Shown: piece after piece, positions 28,079 to 38,760 of the stretch
How positions within the stretch are numbered: the first letter of the stretch is position 1
Layout of the letters: each line of letters begins with the position of its first letter
Origin: Candidatus Hecatella orcuttiae
GTDB lineage: Archaea > Thermoproteota > Bathyarchaeia > Hecatellales > Hecatellaceae
Assembly (NCBI GenBank): GCA_002011035.2
Contig: MTLY02000003.1
Span: forward strand, 256,001-320,000
Reading direction: 5' to 3'
Length of the DNA stretch: 64,000 nt
Notes under the pieces: model-generated
Seen by the model: only the letters and a program-made list of their open reading frames with translations
Told to the model about the DNA's origin: nothing
The model's database searches: none
Made by a program: the position numbers and the translations under genes

Positions 28079-30157
28079 TTGTCCTCTGAGAGAGGGGAAG
28101 ATGACGGGAAAAGGACTCCCAATGCCTTGATAAGGGAGAAGAGCCCCTACCTGCTCCAGCATGCTTACAACCCTGTAAACTGGCAAGCGTGGAATGAGGG
28201 GGCTTTAAAACGCGCCAAGCTGGAGGATAAACCCATCTTCTTAAGCATCGGCTACTCCGCATGCCACTGGTGTCATGTCATGGAGAGGGAGTCCTTTGAA
28301 AACCTGGAAACAGCCAGAATCCTCAACGAAAACTTCGTCAGCATAAAGGTAGACCGAGAAGAGCGGCCAGATTTGGACGAAGTCTACATGAAGGCTGTTC
28401 AGCTGATGACAGGCTCCGGAGGTTGGCCTCTCAATGTCTTCCTCACACCAGACCTGAAGCCCATCTTCGGCGGAACCTACTTCCCCCCGGAGCCGAGGCA
28501 TGGTTTACCCCCCTTCAAGGAGGTGCTTCTGAGCGTGGCGAGGCTTTGGCGGGTGCAACGGTCGCAGATTGAAAGCCGCGCGGAGCGGATGTTTCAAGCT
28601 TTGCAGGGATTGTATCTGCAAAAACCGGGGAAGGAGACACCTTCCGAGGGCCTTCTAGACGGCGCCTACGAGCAGCTGGTACTTCAATACGATTCAACCT
28701 ACGGAGGGTTCAGCCGGGCTCCCAAGTTTCCCATGCCCAGCCATCTTTCCTTTCTCCTCCGATACCACTTCAGAAGACGGGAAAGCCTAGCCTTGAGCAT
28801 GGCGGCCAAGACCCTCAGAGCCATGGCGAGGGGCGGCATCTACGACCAACTGGCAGGAGGCTTCCACCGCTACTCCACCGACCGGTTTTGGCTGCCCCAC
28901 TTCGAAAAAATGCTCTATGACAACGCCCTGTTGGCGAAGGTCTACTTGGAGGTCTTCCAAGCCACCGGCGAGGCCTTCTTCGCCCAAGTCGCCCGGGAGA
29001 CGCTGGAGTGGGTGCTGCGGGAAATGACCAGCCCTCAGGGAGGCTTCTATTCCGCCATAGACGCTGACACCGAGGGCGTAGAAGGCGCCTTCTACCTGTG
29101 GACTGTGGAAGAAATGAAGGCGGTGCTAGGTGAGCGGGAGGGAGAAGCAGCTTGCCGCTATTACGGCGTCACCCAGCATGGAAACTTTGAAGGCAAAAAC
29201 ATCCTCTACTTGGCCGGCCGAGCTGACGATGAGGAAACCTCCGAGGAGATGCATAAGATTCGGTTGAAGCTTCTGGAAGCCAGAAACCGGCGGACCCGTC
29301 CGGCTGTGGACGACAAGGTCATCACCGGGTGGAACGGCCTCATGATAGCCGCCATGGCTTACGGGTACCAAGTGCTCCGGGAGCAGCGTTTCCTCCAAGC
29401 CTCTGCCTCCGCTGCAGATTTCATCTTAAATAACCTCCAAAAACAGGGACGGCTGCGGAGGCGTTACTGCGCCGGTGAAGCGGCTGTGGAGGGAATGCTG
29501 GAGGATTACGCCTGCCTCATCCTCGGGCTGCTTGACCTTTACGAGGCTGACTTCAACCCTCGATGGCTTCGAGAAGCCCTCAGGCTCAACGAGGTCATGG
29601 TGGAGGTTTTCTCAGACCGGGGAGGGGGAGGATTCTTCCTGAGAAGCGAGGAGAATGTAGGGTTGAAGCTGCCGGTGAAGGACGCCTACGACGGCCCCAT
29701 GCCCTCCGGTAACTCCTTGGCCGCCTCAAACCTTCTAAGACTTGCTGCCTTGACGGGGAGGGAGGACCTTCGAACCCTAGCCGGAAACGTGTTCAAGGCC
29801 TTCTCCACGCAGCTGGAAGAAAACCCCACAGCGCACACGCAAATGCTCTGCGCCCTAGACTTCTACTTAAGCAACCCTATGCAGATCGTGCTCGTAAGTC
29901 CCCGCGGCGCAACCGGGGGTGAAGAATTCGCCGCGGAGATCAGCCGCCACTACCTGCCCCACAAGGTTGTAGTCTCCGTTCCTGAAGAAGATGCCGGCCG
30001 GGAGCTTGTGGAAATGATTCCTCTCCTAGAGAGCAAGAGGTCTCTTTCCGGAAAGCCCACCGTCTACATCTGCGAGGCCTTCACCTGCCGGGTTCCCGTC
30101 ACCGACTTAGAGGCCTTGCGCCGGGAAATGGCCTCCTTGGCTGCGGGGGCTAGATGA
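28079..30157 (+). CDS. Thioredoxin-domain protein, YyaL/SSP411 family
   Basis: [51 protein letters not shown]. Confidence 0.92.
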   Translation: MSSERGEDDGKRTPNALIREKSPYLLQHAYNPVNWQAWNEGALKRAKLEDKPIFLSIGYSACHWCHVMERESFENLETARILNENFVSIKVDREERPDLDEVYMKAVQLMTGSGGWPLNVFLTPDLKPIFGGTYFPPEPRHGLPPFKEVLLSVARLWRVQRSQIESRAERMFQALQGLYLQKPGKETPSEGLLDGAYEQLVLQYDSTYGGFSRAPKFPMPSHLSFLLRYHFRRRESLALSMAAKTLRAMARGGIYDQLAGGFHRYSTDRFWLPHFEKMLYDNALLAKVYLEVFQATGEAFFAQVARETLEWVLREMTSPQGGFYSAIDADTEGVEGAFYLWTVEEMKAVLGEREGEAACRYYGVTQHGNFEGKNILYLAGRADDEETSEEMHKIRLKLLEARNRRTRPAVDDKVITGWNGLMIAAMAYGYQVLREQRFLQASASAADFILNNLQKQGRLRRRYCAGEAAVEGMLEDYACLILGLLDLYEADFNPRWLREALRLNEVMVEVFSDRGGGGFFLRSEENVGLKLPVKDAYDGPMPSGNSLAASNLLRLAALTGREDLRTLAGNVFKAFSTQLEENPTAHTQMLCALDFYLSNPMQIVLVSPRGATGGEEFAAEISRHYLPHKVVVSVPEEDAGRELVEMIPLLESKRSLSGKPTVYICEAFTCRVPVTDLEALRREMASLAAGAR

Positions 30158-30941
30158 GGCTTTTGATGAATCCGCCGTCCACTTGGATCACAGCCCCGGT
30201 TACGTAGCTGGCTCTTTCCGAGGCTAGGAAGACGACCACGTCGGCTATTTCTCGAGGCTGCGCCATCCGCCCCAGGGGGATGCCTGCCTCCCAGCCTCGG
30301 AGAACCTCCTTGTAGGGTCTACCTGTTTCCTCGGCTTGCGCCTTGGCCAGCTGCTGAACTCTTTCCGTCAGTGTCCACCCCGGGCAGACACTGTTCACCG
30401 TGATGCCGTAGGGAGCCAGCTCGTTGGAGAGGGTTTTGGTCAAGCCGAGGATCCCTGCCCTGACCGCGTTGGACGTGACCAGCCGCTCGGCAGGCTGCTT
30501 GGCGGCGAAGGAAGCCATGTTGACGATCCGCCCCCATCGCTGCTTCTGCATGCGAGGAATCACCTTATGGCAGATGTGGACGACGCTCATCAGCAAGGAG
30601 TTCACAGCGTTTCTCCAAGCTGTTTCCGTGGTTTCTGAAAACGTGGAGGGAGGAGGCCCCCCGGTGTTGTTGACCAAGATGTCCACGCTGCCGAATTTCT
30701 TCACCGTCTCAGCCACCAGCCTTTCTATGTCGCCGCGGTTATTCAGATCGGCCTGAACCGCCAAAACCGAGGCCTCAGCGGCGGAGCGAAGCTCCTCGGC
30801 GGCCTCCCTCAGCTGAGCCTCGTTTCTAGCGCAGATGGAAACATTCACTCCTTCTTGGGCTAGGCCTAGGGCTATGGCTTTTCCGATGCCTCTGCTGGAC
30901 CCTGTCACTAGAGCTGTGCGCCCTTTCAATCCCAGCTCCAA
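30150..30941 (-). CDS. SDR family oxidoreductase
   Basis: [29 protein letters not shown]. Confidence 0.9.
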   Translation of the reverse strand: MELGLKGRTALVTGSSRGIGKAIALGLAQEGVNVSICARNEAQLREAAEELRSAAEASVLAVQADLNNRGDIERLVAETVKKFGSVDILVNNTGGPPPSTFSETTETAWRNAVNSLLMSVVHICHKVIPRMQKQRWGRIVNMASFAAKQPAERLVTSNAVRAGILGLTKTLSNELAPYGITVNSVCPGWTLTERVQQLAKAQAEETGRPYKEVLRGWEAGIPLGRMAQPREIADVVVFLASERASYVTGAVIQVDGGFIKSLI

Positions 30942-30954
30942 AACCTCAGCCTCC

Positions 30955-31194
30955 TCACATGCGGTGGACGTGTCTGACTTTCCCCAGCCCCGCGGGCTCC
31001 ATGTTGAAGATGATGGTTTTCAGGTAGGTCATTTCTTCAATGCTGTAGCCTATGCCTTCTCTCCCCACTCCTAAGTCTTTCCACTTCACCCCGCTGAATA
31101 TCCTGAGCAGGGAAATGCCTTCGGCGCCCCGTTTCAGCAAGGGGTCGGGGAAGCTGTCTAGGCTGATGTTTAGATCGAATTTTTCAGAACCCAA
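30955..31194 (-). CDS. Hypothetical protein (79 aa)
   Basis: Strong GGAGGAGG RBS before TTG; co-oriented with the SDR gene. Confidence 0.65.
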   Translation of the reverse strand: MGSEKFDLNISLDSFPDPLLKRGAEGISLLRIFSGVKWKDLGVGREGIGYSIEEMTYLKTIIFNMEPAGLGKVRHVHRM

Positions 31195-31326
31195 CTAAAC
31201 CTCCTCCTTGTAAGAGATCTGAAAAGGCGGGAAGTTTATATGTAGATCTAGGGTCAGCTGTCTTTCCATGCTTCCGGCGGTGGGAACACTCCAGAGATTT
31301 TCACCTATTCTGAGGGATGATCCAGC

Positions 31327-32019
31327 CTAAAGGCCTGAGGCCAGTTCTAAGAGGGCGATGACGGCTACACCTAGGATCACCATCAAGACCACCTGAACGT
31401 TGAGAACCCTGTGAGCCTCGGGTAGAAGCTCCCCTGCGCCAATATAAAGGAACTCTCCCGCCACGAAGGCGATGATAAGCCCGTAAACCTCCTCGGGAAG
31501 GAGAACCGAAAGGGAGGCGCCCGCTGGGTAGAGCATCGCCGCGACGCCTAGGACAGTGAGAATTTTCACCGAACTGTAGCCTTCGCTCTTCATGACCACG
31601 GTGGTGGTTAAGCCTTGGGGCACCTCGTGGACCACCACAGCCAAGGCTATGAACAGCCCTAAGAGGGGGTTGGTGAAAAAACCCACGGCTATGGCTACCC
31701 CGTCGACGAGGTTGTCTAGGGTGATTCCCAGCAGCGCCGGCAGTCCTATGCGCTCGATTCTGCATTCTTTTTCTCCGCAGGTGTGGATGGTGACGGCCAT
31801 TTCGATGAGGTAGAAGGAGAAGAAGCCCAGCCCTATGATAAGCCAGTTACCGGCGGGGTTGGCGGCGGGGATCATCTCGAAGAGGGCTGTGCCTATGACG
31901 ATGCCTGAAGCAAAGCCGACCACGTACCTGAGGTTGAACTTCACCCTCGGATGGAGGGGGAGAAGCCCGCTGAGAATGGTGGCGGCGCCGGCGATGCCTG
32001 CGTAGACAAGATACAGCAT
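31327..32019 (-). CDS. ZIP family metal transporter
   Basis: GFASG, LDNLVDG, VVHEVPQG, AGEFLYI; multiple TM helices. Confidence 0.88.
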   Translation of the reverse strand: MLYLVYAGIAGAATILSGLLPLHPRVKFNLRYVVGFASGIVIGTALFEMIPAANPAGNWLIIGLGFFSFYLIEMAVTIHTCGEKECRIERIGLPALLGITLDNLVDGVAIAVGFFTNPLLGLFIALAVVVHEVPQGLTTTVVMKSEGYSSVKILTVLGVAAMLYPAGASLSVLLPEEVYGLIIAFVAGEFLYIGAGELLPEAHRVLNVQVVLMVILGVAVIALLELASGL

Positions 32020-32028
32020 GGTTTTCCC

Positions 32029-32914
32029 TCACTCGGCTTTTCCGTGCACCTCGCCCAGTTCCTTGTACTCTTCGCTTTCCATCTGCAGGGTGGTATGCCT
32101 GATCCTGTATTTTTTCTCCATCTCCGCCTTGATGCTGTTCATAATCTGCTCGCTGTCTTTCAGGTGCCGCTTATCGACGACGATGTGGGCGGTCAGGTAG
32201 TGCATGTAGGAGGTGATGCTCCAGACGTGGAGGTTGTGCACGTCTCTGACCCCCGCAATCCCCTTTATGGTTCGGTCGATTTCCTTCAGGTTCATTTTCC
32301 GGGGAGCCCCTTCGAGGAGAATGTGGACGACCTCCCTCATCATCCGCCCGGTGTTGAAGATGATGATGAAGGCGATGGCGACGCTGAGAAGGGGGTCAGC
32401 GTAATACCAGCCGGTGAAATACATGAGAATCCCCGCAGCCACCACCCCCACGGAGGACAGGGCGTCGCCCAGCACGTGGAGGAAAGCTGCCTTAACGTTC
32501 AAGCTCATCATACATGGCATATGCTCACCGACCTCTTGGCTTTGGTCCTCTGCCTTCTAGCCGGGAAGATGGCCCTCAAGCCACCCACTTGGGATAAGAC
32601 CTTCGGATACTACCGGGTGGAAATCCTATCCGCCTTAGCCAACGGCATCACCCTCATCCTCGTAACCTTCTACATCTTCTACGAGGCCTACCGCCGGTTT
32701 GTGTCTCCCGTCGAAGTTCGCACCGTTGAGATGATCATCGTCGCCGTAATCGGCTTGACGGCGAACCTCGTGTCCATGACGCGTCGCTGAGCAGGGCGAG
32801 GCTGCCAGATATTATTCCGCCGAAGATTTCAACCGCCATGATTCCCGCGGTTACGCCGATGGCGATCTGCAGGCTTTTCTGCTCAGTCCGCTTTTCTCTG
32901 CTGGGGTTGCCCAT
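32029..32914 (-). pseudogene. Cation diffusion facilitator (CzcD-like) with internal segment ~32513-32781 inverted
   Basis: N-term ..GSLALLSDA and C-term SLNVKAAFLHVLGD..HNLHVW on the minus strand; middle WHMLTD..TFGYYRVEILSALANG..NLVSM on the plus strand. Confidence 0.88.
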
Positions 32915-32986
32915 GTGTACACCGCATTTTCCGTTGAGCTTCAACATTCACCTAAATCAGGCTGCTGATTCTCTAGACGTAACGGC

Positions 32987-33388
32987 TCAAAAGAATTTTG
33001 CAGGCGGCGATATGGGCGGGTGGAGGAAAGGTATCCCTATCAGGGCGAAGGCGAAGGCTAAGGCCACCATGATCACCACCAGCATAAAGACAGCCAGAAG
33101 CGCTATGCCGAAAGCCCCCAGCCAGCCTGTCTGAAAAAACGACCTGATGAGCGCCAGCCAGATGATGAAGACCAAGAACCCTCCGATGATGGGGGTGAAA
33201 AGCGCTGCTAAGAGAACAGAGAAGAGGCTGATGACCACGACGCCGACAAGGGTTAAGGCAAGAGCCTGAGGATAGGTCGCCCTGCTGCCCGCGACAACCC
33301 GGGCTGCAAAGAAGACGGAAAGAGCAGTGATCAACCATACAGCCACGCTTATGATGAGGAAGCCGGCTAGGTTGATGAGCGGCAGCAT
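32987..33388 (-). CDS. Membrane protein (about 4 TM, Yip1-like)
   Basis: Hydrophobic 133-aa ORF. Confidence 0.7.
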   Translation of the reverse strand: MLPLINLAGFLIISVAVWLITALSVFFAARVVAGSRATYPQALALTLVGVVVISLFSVLLAALFTPIIGGFLVFIIWLALIRSFFQTGWLGAFGIALLAVFMLVVIMVALAFAFALIGIPFLHPPISPPAKFF

Positions 33389-33486
33389 ACAATGGACTAA
33401 GATAGAACGGAGTAATTATATCTTTGGAAAGACCTCGCTCCCCCGAGGCTAAACTATAAATGCTCCCTGAACAACGCATCAAAGTC

Positions 33487-33906
33487 ATGGGCTCCATCAA
33501 GTACTACGCCGCGCCGGATGTGAGAGAACTTTTCGAGAACATCGTAACCAAGCTAGGCTTCAGCCATGTGGACTGTGGCAAAATCAGCTTCTTCCGGAGT
33601 CAAGGCTCGAAAAGCCGGTACACCGTCGCCCGAGTCTACGGGCTTCCGAGAATTTGGCAGCAGGCCTTAGGCCTTGAACCGCACTACGTGCTGGAGGTAA
33701 TCTCAGAAAGATACGACAGACTAACCGAGGAGGAAAAAGAGAAAACCCTCATCCATGAGGCTCTCCATATTCCCAGAGGCTTTCAAGGTGGTTTCAGGCA
33801 TCACAAGGGAAACATCGACAAAAGAAAGATTGACAGACTTCACAAGGCCTACAGGAAATGCTTTGCAGCCTCAGCCTCGCAGAGTATATCCGTTACTAAA
33901 CATTAA
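33487..33906 (+). CDS. Putative metallopeptidase
   Basis: TLIHEALHIP (HExxH), RSQGSKS..ARVYGL. Confidence 0.8.
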   Translation: MGSIKYYAAPDVRELFENIVTKLGFSHVDCGKISFFRSQGSKSRYTVARVYGLPRIWQQALGLEPHYVLEVISERYDRLTEEEKEKTLIHEALHIPRGFQGGFRHHKGNIDKRKIDRLHKAYRKCFAASASQSISVTKH

Positions 33907-33939
33907 ATAAGCCTCTCTAACTGCTGGTTTGAAACAGCC

Positions 33940-35076
33940 ATGAAAAAAGAGTGGGTTATTCTCTTCGTTTCCTTTTTCACCGCCTTCTCCTACCTTTTCG
34001 CTCTTCAGTCCTACCCACCCATAATCCCCCAGGTGATGGAAGAGTTTGCGCTGTCGTACACCGCGGCCAGCTTGCTGATGTCCTTGGTGACCTTGGCAGG
34101 AATCTTCCTGTCGCTGCCCGCTTGGGTTTTTATCTTCAAATGGGGGCTTAAAAAAGTCGGCGCTCTAAGTCTCGCCCTCTGCACGTTGGGGGGTCTTGTC
34201 ACTTTTCTCAGCGGCTCCTTTCTCATGCTGGGGTTGGGGCGGGCTATCTTGGGTGTGGGCGGCGCTTTGATCAACATCATCAGCTTCGCCATGGTGCCTC
34301 TTTGGTTTCCTAGGAAACATAGGGGAAAAGCCATGGGCATCAAAGGACTGGATATGCCTGTGGCCACCGTGGTCGCTTTGAACTTCCTTCCTCTGGTGGC
34401 GGCAAGCTACGGCTGGAGAGCCAGTTTCGCAGCCTCCACCCTTCTCCTCCTAGCGTCCACGGCGGTCTTCATTCTTCTGTTCGAGGATAGGCCGCTGGGA
34501 AACTCGGCGGCCAAGATGTTCGAGGGCCTCTGGAACAGGCAGATGTGGCTTTTGGGGGCAGTCTGGTGTTTCGTCAACATGGGGACCATAGCCTATTCTA
34601 CTTGGGCTGGAACCTTTTTCCTCCAGCTTAAAGGTGTCCCCGCCCACTTGGCTTTTTTCATGGCGGGCATTTTGATGCTGACTGCTCTACCGTTAAATCC
34701 CGTGGTTGGAACCCTATCCGACAGGTTGGGGAAGAGAAAAATATTCATCACTCTCTCGATGGCTCTCATGGGAGTTTCCTTCACGCTCATCGCCTTCCTC
34801 TCCCTTCCTCTGCTCTTTTCAGCAGTAGTCTTGCTGGGATTTTCCGCCTTCTACGCTCCAGTCATCTTCGCTTCGACCTCCGAGCTTCTTCCAGAGGAGA
34901 AAGCAGGATTAGGCTTCAGCATCCTGTTCACCTGCGGTTTTGCGGGGACCTTCCTTGGCCCTTTCTTAGTGGGATATATTCAAGACGCATTCCCTGGAGG
35001 TACTCCCAGCTTCTTAGCCATGGCCGTTTTCTCCGTTTCAGCATTGATGTGCAGTAGGCTTCTGAAGGTGCGTTGA
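33940..35076 (+). CDS. MFS transporter
   Basis: About 12 TM; GTLSDRLGKRK; WFP..RGKAMG. Confidence 0.88.
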   Translation: MKKEWVILFVSFFTAFSYLFALQSYPPIIPQVMEEFALSYTAASLLMSLVTLAGIFLSLPAWVFIFKWGLKKVGALSLALCTLGGLVTFLSGSFLMLGLGRAILGVGGALINIISFAMVPLWFPRKHRGKAMGIKGLDMPVATVVALNFLPLVAASYGWRASFAASTLLLLASTAVFILLFEDRPLGNSAAKMFEGLWNRQMWLLGAVWCFVNMGTIAYSTWAGTFFLQLKGVPAHLAFFMAGILMLTALPLNPVVGTLSDRLGKRKIFITLSMALMGVSFTLIAFLSLPLLFSAVVLLGFSAFYAPVIFASTSELLPEEKAGLGFSILFTCGFAGTFLGPFLVGYIQDAFPGGTPSFLAMAVFSVSALMCSRLLKVR

Positions 35077-35188
35077 AAATCTCTTCCCTTTGCTTGGCTT
35101 CATATTTAACCCTCTCAGCCTTCACGTTATGTCAGTGGCGAAAAATTCTAGGCTGACGGTGACGCGGATTTAAGGTGTGGAGTTATAA

Positions 35189-36082
35189 ATGGACTCAGCC
35201 GGACTGCCTCGTTTCCCTGCTTTCAAGCCTTTGGAGCTGAGCGATCGGGCGATGGTGGAGAAGGCCTTCCGGGAAAACCAGCCTCAGATTTCCGAGCACA
35301 CTTTCACCAACCTTTTCGTTTGGCGGGGATCTAAAGAGGTTTTCCTCTCCCAGCTTGACGACTTTCTCCTCGTCCGGAGAAAACATCGGGGAAAATATTT
35401 TTTATTCCCTCCCATCGGGTGGAGAAGTCTTTCCAGCGTGGTAGAGGAGTTGAAATCTCTGGCCGGGGGTGAAACCCTAGAATTCTACGGCCTAACCTCG
35501 GCTCAGGCGGAGGAGCTCAGGCGGAAGGGCTTCCAGATCACGTCAAGCCGCGCCGATTGGGACTACGTCTACCTAGTCAGCGACCTAGTCAACTTGCCCG
35601 GCCCGAGGTTTTACAGTAAACGGAAGGAAATCCAGAAATGCCTTTCGAACCACAAGTGCGAATACAAGGCCCTCACGTCAGAGATTCTCAGCGACTGCCT
35701 CAGCCTTCAAACCCGATGGTGCAATGTGAAGCACTGCGAAGCGGAGCCGGGGCTTACGGGGGAAAACTAAGCCATCCGAGAAGTTTTCACCCATTACGGG
35801 GAGTTGAATGTTTTCGGGGGAGCCATCTACGTCGACGGCTGCTTAGAGGCTTTTGCCCTCGGGGAAAAACTGAACGAGAACACTGCGGTGGTGCACTTTG
35901 AGAAAGCCAACCCTGAGATAAGAGGCCTCTACCAGCTGATAAACCAGTGGTTCTGCAAGAACGTCCTCCAAGGTTTCACCTACGTAAACCGGGAGCAAGA
36001 CCTGGGCAGCGAAGGTCTCAGGAGGGCGAAGATAAGCTATCGCCCTCACCACATGGTGGAAAAATTTTTCGCAACAGGATAA
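35189..36082 (+). pseudogene. DUF2156 / phosphatidylglycerol lysyltransferase-domain protein with in-frame TAA at 35768-35770
   Basis: SEHTFTNLFVW, DYVY, then past the stop in the same frame VVHFEKA, GLYQ, NREQDLG..GLRRAKISYRP. Confidence 0.85.
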
Positions 36083-36223
36083 AAGACGGCTAGAGAATGT
36101 TACTAGTTTTGAAATGTTTTACAACCACGAAATGGCCGTAAAGGTTTCTTGAACGATAAGTTTAAATGCGAAGTTTGTTGGTATTTTGCTGTCGCAAATT
36201 TTCCCTTGAGGAGATCATATGAC

Positions 36224-36493
36224 TTGAGAAAGCTTGGGAAGACTTTACATGTTTCTCAAGCTACAGGGAATGTGATCGTTAAAGCCTCAGTTAACCCTAA
36301 GATTGGAGAAAAAGTTTTCGACGGAGACCTTAAACTGGTGGGCTCCGTCTTCGACGTCTTCGGACCTGTGACGTCGCCCTACGTTTCCGTCAAACCCGTT
36401 CAACCTCTCCCCAAGGGATATGAAAAAACTCTCTTTTTAAGCGACCAAAAGAAGGAGCGAAAAAGGAAAGGGGAGCGGTTGAAATCTGTCTAA
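36224..36493 (+). CDS. gar1: H/ACA RNP subunit Gar1/Naf1
   Basis: VGSVFDVFGPVTSPYVSVKP; GAGGAG RBS; gar1-tfb synteny. Confidence 0.85.
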   Translation: MRKLGKTLHVSQATGNVIVKASVNPKIGEKVFDGDLKLVGSVFDVFGPVTSPYVSVKPVQPLPKGYEKTLFLSDQKKERKRKGERLKSV

Positions 36494-37412
36494 AAAAGTT
36501 TTAGTTAAAAACAGAGTTTGCCCGGAGTGCGGGGACCCTAGGCTGATGAGCGACTACGACCAAGGTGAACTGGTCTGCATGAGCTGCGGCTACGTCCTCG
36601 ACGACAAAATCGCCGACACAGGCCCGGAGTGGAGGGCCTTCGACGATGAGCAAAAAGCCAAAAGGACCAGGGTGGGGGCTCCGCTTACCTACACGATCCA
36701 CGACAAGGGGCTTTCCACTCTCATCGACTGGCATAACAAGGATACTTCCGGCCGGGACCTCTCCCCGGTGCAGATGAGCCAGGTTTTCACGTTGAGGAAA
36801 TGGCAGCGGAGGACTAGGGTGGCGGATGCCTCAGAGAGAAACCTCGCCTTCGCCCTTTCCGAGATGAGTAAGATTTCCTCATCCCTCAACCTCCCCAAGA
36901 GTATTCTGGAAACAGCCGCGGTCTTCTACCGGAAGGCTGTGAGGAGGAGGCTTATCAGGGGCAGGTCTATTCAGGGTGTAGCCGCTGCCACCATCTACAT
37001 GTCCTGCCGGAAATGCAACATCCCCCGGACGCTGGATGAGATCGCCCAAGCTACCCCTGTGGGGAAGAAGGAGATCGGCCGCTGCTATCGGTTTTTAGCC
37101 AAGGAGCTGGATGAGTTCATTCCGCCCATCTTCCCGTCCAAATACGTGTCCAAGATCTCCAACCAGCTCTCCATCATGGGGAAGGCCGAGCTTGTAGCCG
37201 CCACCATCCTAGAAATCGCCAGCAGCCTCCGCCTGACCAGTGGAAGGGGCCCCACCGGCGTGGCGGCCGCCGCGGCGTACATAGCCTCGGTGCTCGCTGG
37301 GAACAGGAAGACTCAGAGGGAGGTGGCCTTGGTGGCCAATGTCACCGAGGTCACCATCAGAAACCGGTATAAGGAGCTCATGGACCGCATTCAGATAAAA
37401 GTTAAGCTTTAA
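36486..37412 (+). CDS. tfb: Transcription initiation factor IIB (probable CTG start)
   Basis: Zn ribbon CPECG..ELVCMSCG starts upstream of the first ATG (36546); DTGPEWRAF, LRKWQ, ERNL, GRSI, VTEVTIRNRYKEL. Confidence 0.95.
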   Translation: MSKKVLVKNRVCPECGDPRLMSDYDQGELVCMSCGYVLDDKIADTGPEWRAFDDEQKAKRTRVGAPLTYTIHDKGLSTLIDWHNKDTSGRDLSPVQMSQVFTLRKWQRRTRVADASERNLAFALSEMSKISSSLNLPKSILETAAVFYRKAVRRRLIRGRSIQGVAAATIYMSCRKCNIPRTLDEIAQATPVGKKEIGRCYRFLAKELDEFIPPIFPSKYVSKISNQLSIMGKAELVAATILEIASSLRLTSGRGPTGVAAAAAYIASVLAGNRKTQREVALVANVTEVTIRNRYKELMDRIQIKVKL

Positions 37413-37545
37413 GAAAAATTTTCCCTCAGCCCTGTTTTCGGAGGCTGAAAAGTTTTCACTCTCCCGTATCCAACGGGATAACTTTACTGCCTACCCTTCT
37501 CTAATAGATGGGGTGAAAGAAATTCACCCCGTCGCCTAGACGTGG

Positions 37546-38736
37546 GTGCGGCTGGATAGGAGAAGGTGCGCTGGTGTGGAGAGACGCACGCTCTTGGGGT
37601 TGAATTTCAACGTTTTCCTTCTAGGTTTAGTAAGCTTCCTCACCGACGTCAGCAGCGAAATGGTCATGCCCATTCTGCCTCTTTTCATCGTCTCCCTCGG
37701 CGGCGCCGGGCTGGCCGTAGGCCTGATAGCCGGGCTGAGTGAGAGCGCCTCCAGCGTCCTCCGGGTTTTCTCAGGCTACTGGTCTGACCGGTATGGGCGG
37801 AGAAAGCCCTTTGTGGCCTCTGGCTACGCGGCTTCCGCGGCGGCTAAGCTTTTCTTCCCCCTCTCCACAACTTGGGCTCACATCCTAGTCCTCCGGCCTT
37901 TGGAGAGGGTGGGTAAGGGGTTGAGGACGGCTCCCCGAGACGCCATCATCGCTGAGTCCCTAGCCTCCGGGGTGAGGGGGCGGGGTTTCGGTGTTCACAG
38001 GGCCATGGACACTTCCGGGGCTATCCTAGGCTCGGTTTCAGCCTTCCTCCTCTACTGGTTTTGGGGCTGGGAGCTGAGGCCGATTCTTTGGGCCGCGGCC
38101 TTGGTGGCCTTCTCCTCCTTGGTTCCCCTCTACTTTGTGGGGGAGAGGAGGTTTAAGCCTCAGGCTAAGACCTTTAAGCTCAGCCTAGCCGGGCTGCCGG
38201 GGAACTTGAAGCTCTTCGTCGCCGCGGCCACAGTCTTCGCCATGGGAAATCTCAGCTATATGTTCCTCATTCTGAGAGCTCAGGAGCTCTTCGCGGGGAG
38301 AGCCGCTGTGGCCGTGCCGCTGCTGCTCTACGTCCTCCTCAACGTGGTCTTCGCCACCCTAGCTGTTCCCTTCGGGGTGCTCTCTGACAGGATAGGGCGG
38401 AAAGGGGTGCTGTTCGCCGGGTACGTCCTCTTCGCCTCCGTCTGCTTGGGTTTCGCCGCCCTCAGCTCCCTGCCCGCCTACGTCGCCCTGTTTGTCCTCT
38501 ACGGGGCGGTCTACGCCTTGGTGGAGGGAAACCAGAGGGCCTTCGTGGCGGACTTCGACGTGAAGGAGCTGAGGGGCACAGCCCTCGGGGTTTTCCACAC
38601 CTCGGTAGGCCTCGCTGCCCTTCCAGCTAACTTCCTTGCAGGAGCGCTCTGGCAGTATGTCAGCCCAGCGGCAGCCTTCGCCTACGCAGCTGCCCTTTCC
38701 ATGGCTGCGGCTCTGCTTCTGTTGAGGGTGAAGTAG
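37546..38736 (+). CDS. MFS transporter
   Basis: VSFLTDVSSEM, SDRYGRRKP, RVGKGLRTAPRDA, HRAMDT. Confidence 0.9.
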   Translation: MRLDRRRCAGVERRTLLGLNFNVFLLGLVSFLTDVSSEMVMPILPLFIVSLGGAGLAVGLIAGLSESASSVLRVFSGYWSDRYGRRKPFVASGYAASAAAKLFFPLSTTWAHILVLRPLERVGKGLRTAPRDAIIAESLASGVRGRGFGVHRAMDTSGAILGSVSAFLLYWFWGWELRPILWAAALVAFSSLVPLYFVGERRFKPQAKTFKLSLAGLPGNLKLFVAAATVFAMGNLSYMFLILRAQELFAGRAAVAVPLLLYVLLNVVFATLAVPFGVLSDRIGRKGVLFAGYVLFASVCLGFAALSSLPAYVALFVLYGAVYALVEGNQRAFVADFDVKELRGTALGVFHTSVGLAALPANFLAGALWQYVSPAAAFAYAAALSMAAALLLLRVK

Positions 38737-38760
38737 GCTTGTTTCCTCAAACTTCTGGGG

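Noticed and set aside
30905-30945. SECIS-like hairpin after the possible UGG ORF
   Set aside because: The GAGCTG/CAGCTC stem lacks the GAA/A plus upper G-C stem geometry and lies in conserved SDR coding sequence
31951-32790. 279-aa plus-strand ORF as a real gene
   Set aside because: It is antisense CDF sequence joined to the inverted middle segment
35768-35770. Stop-codon recoding in the DUF2156 gene
   Set aside because: The codon is TAA, which ends many genes here; Sec and Pyl use TGA and TAG
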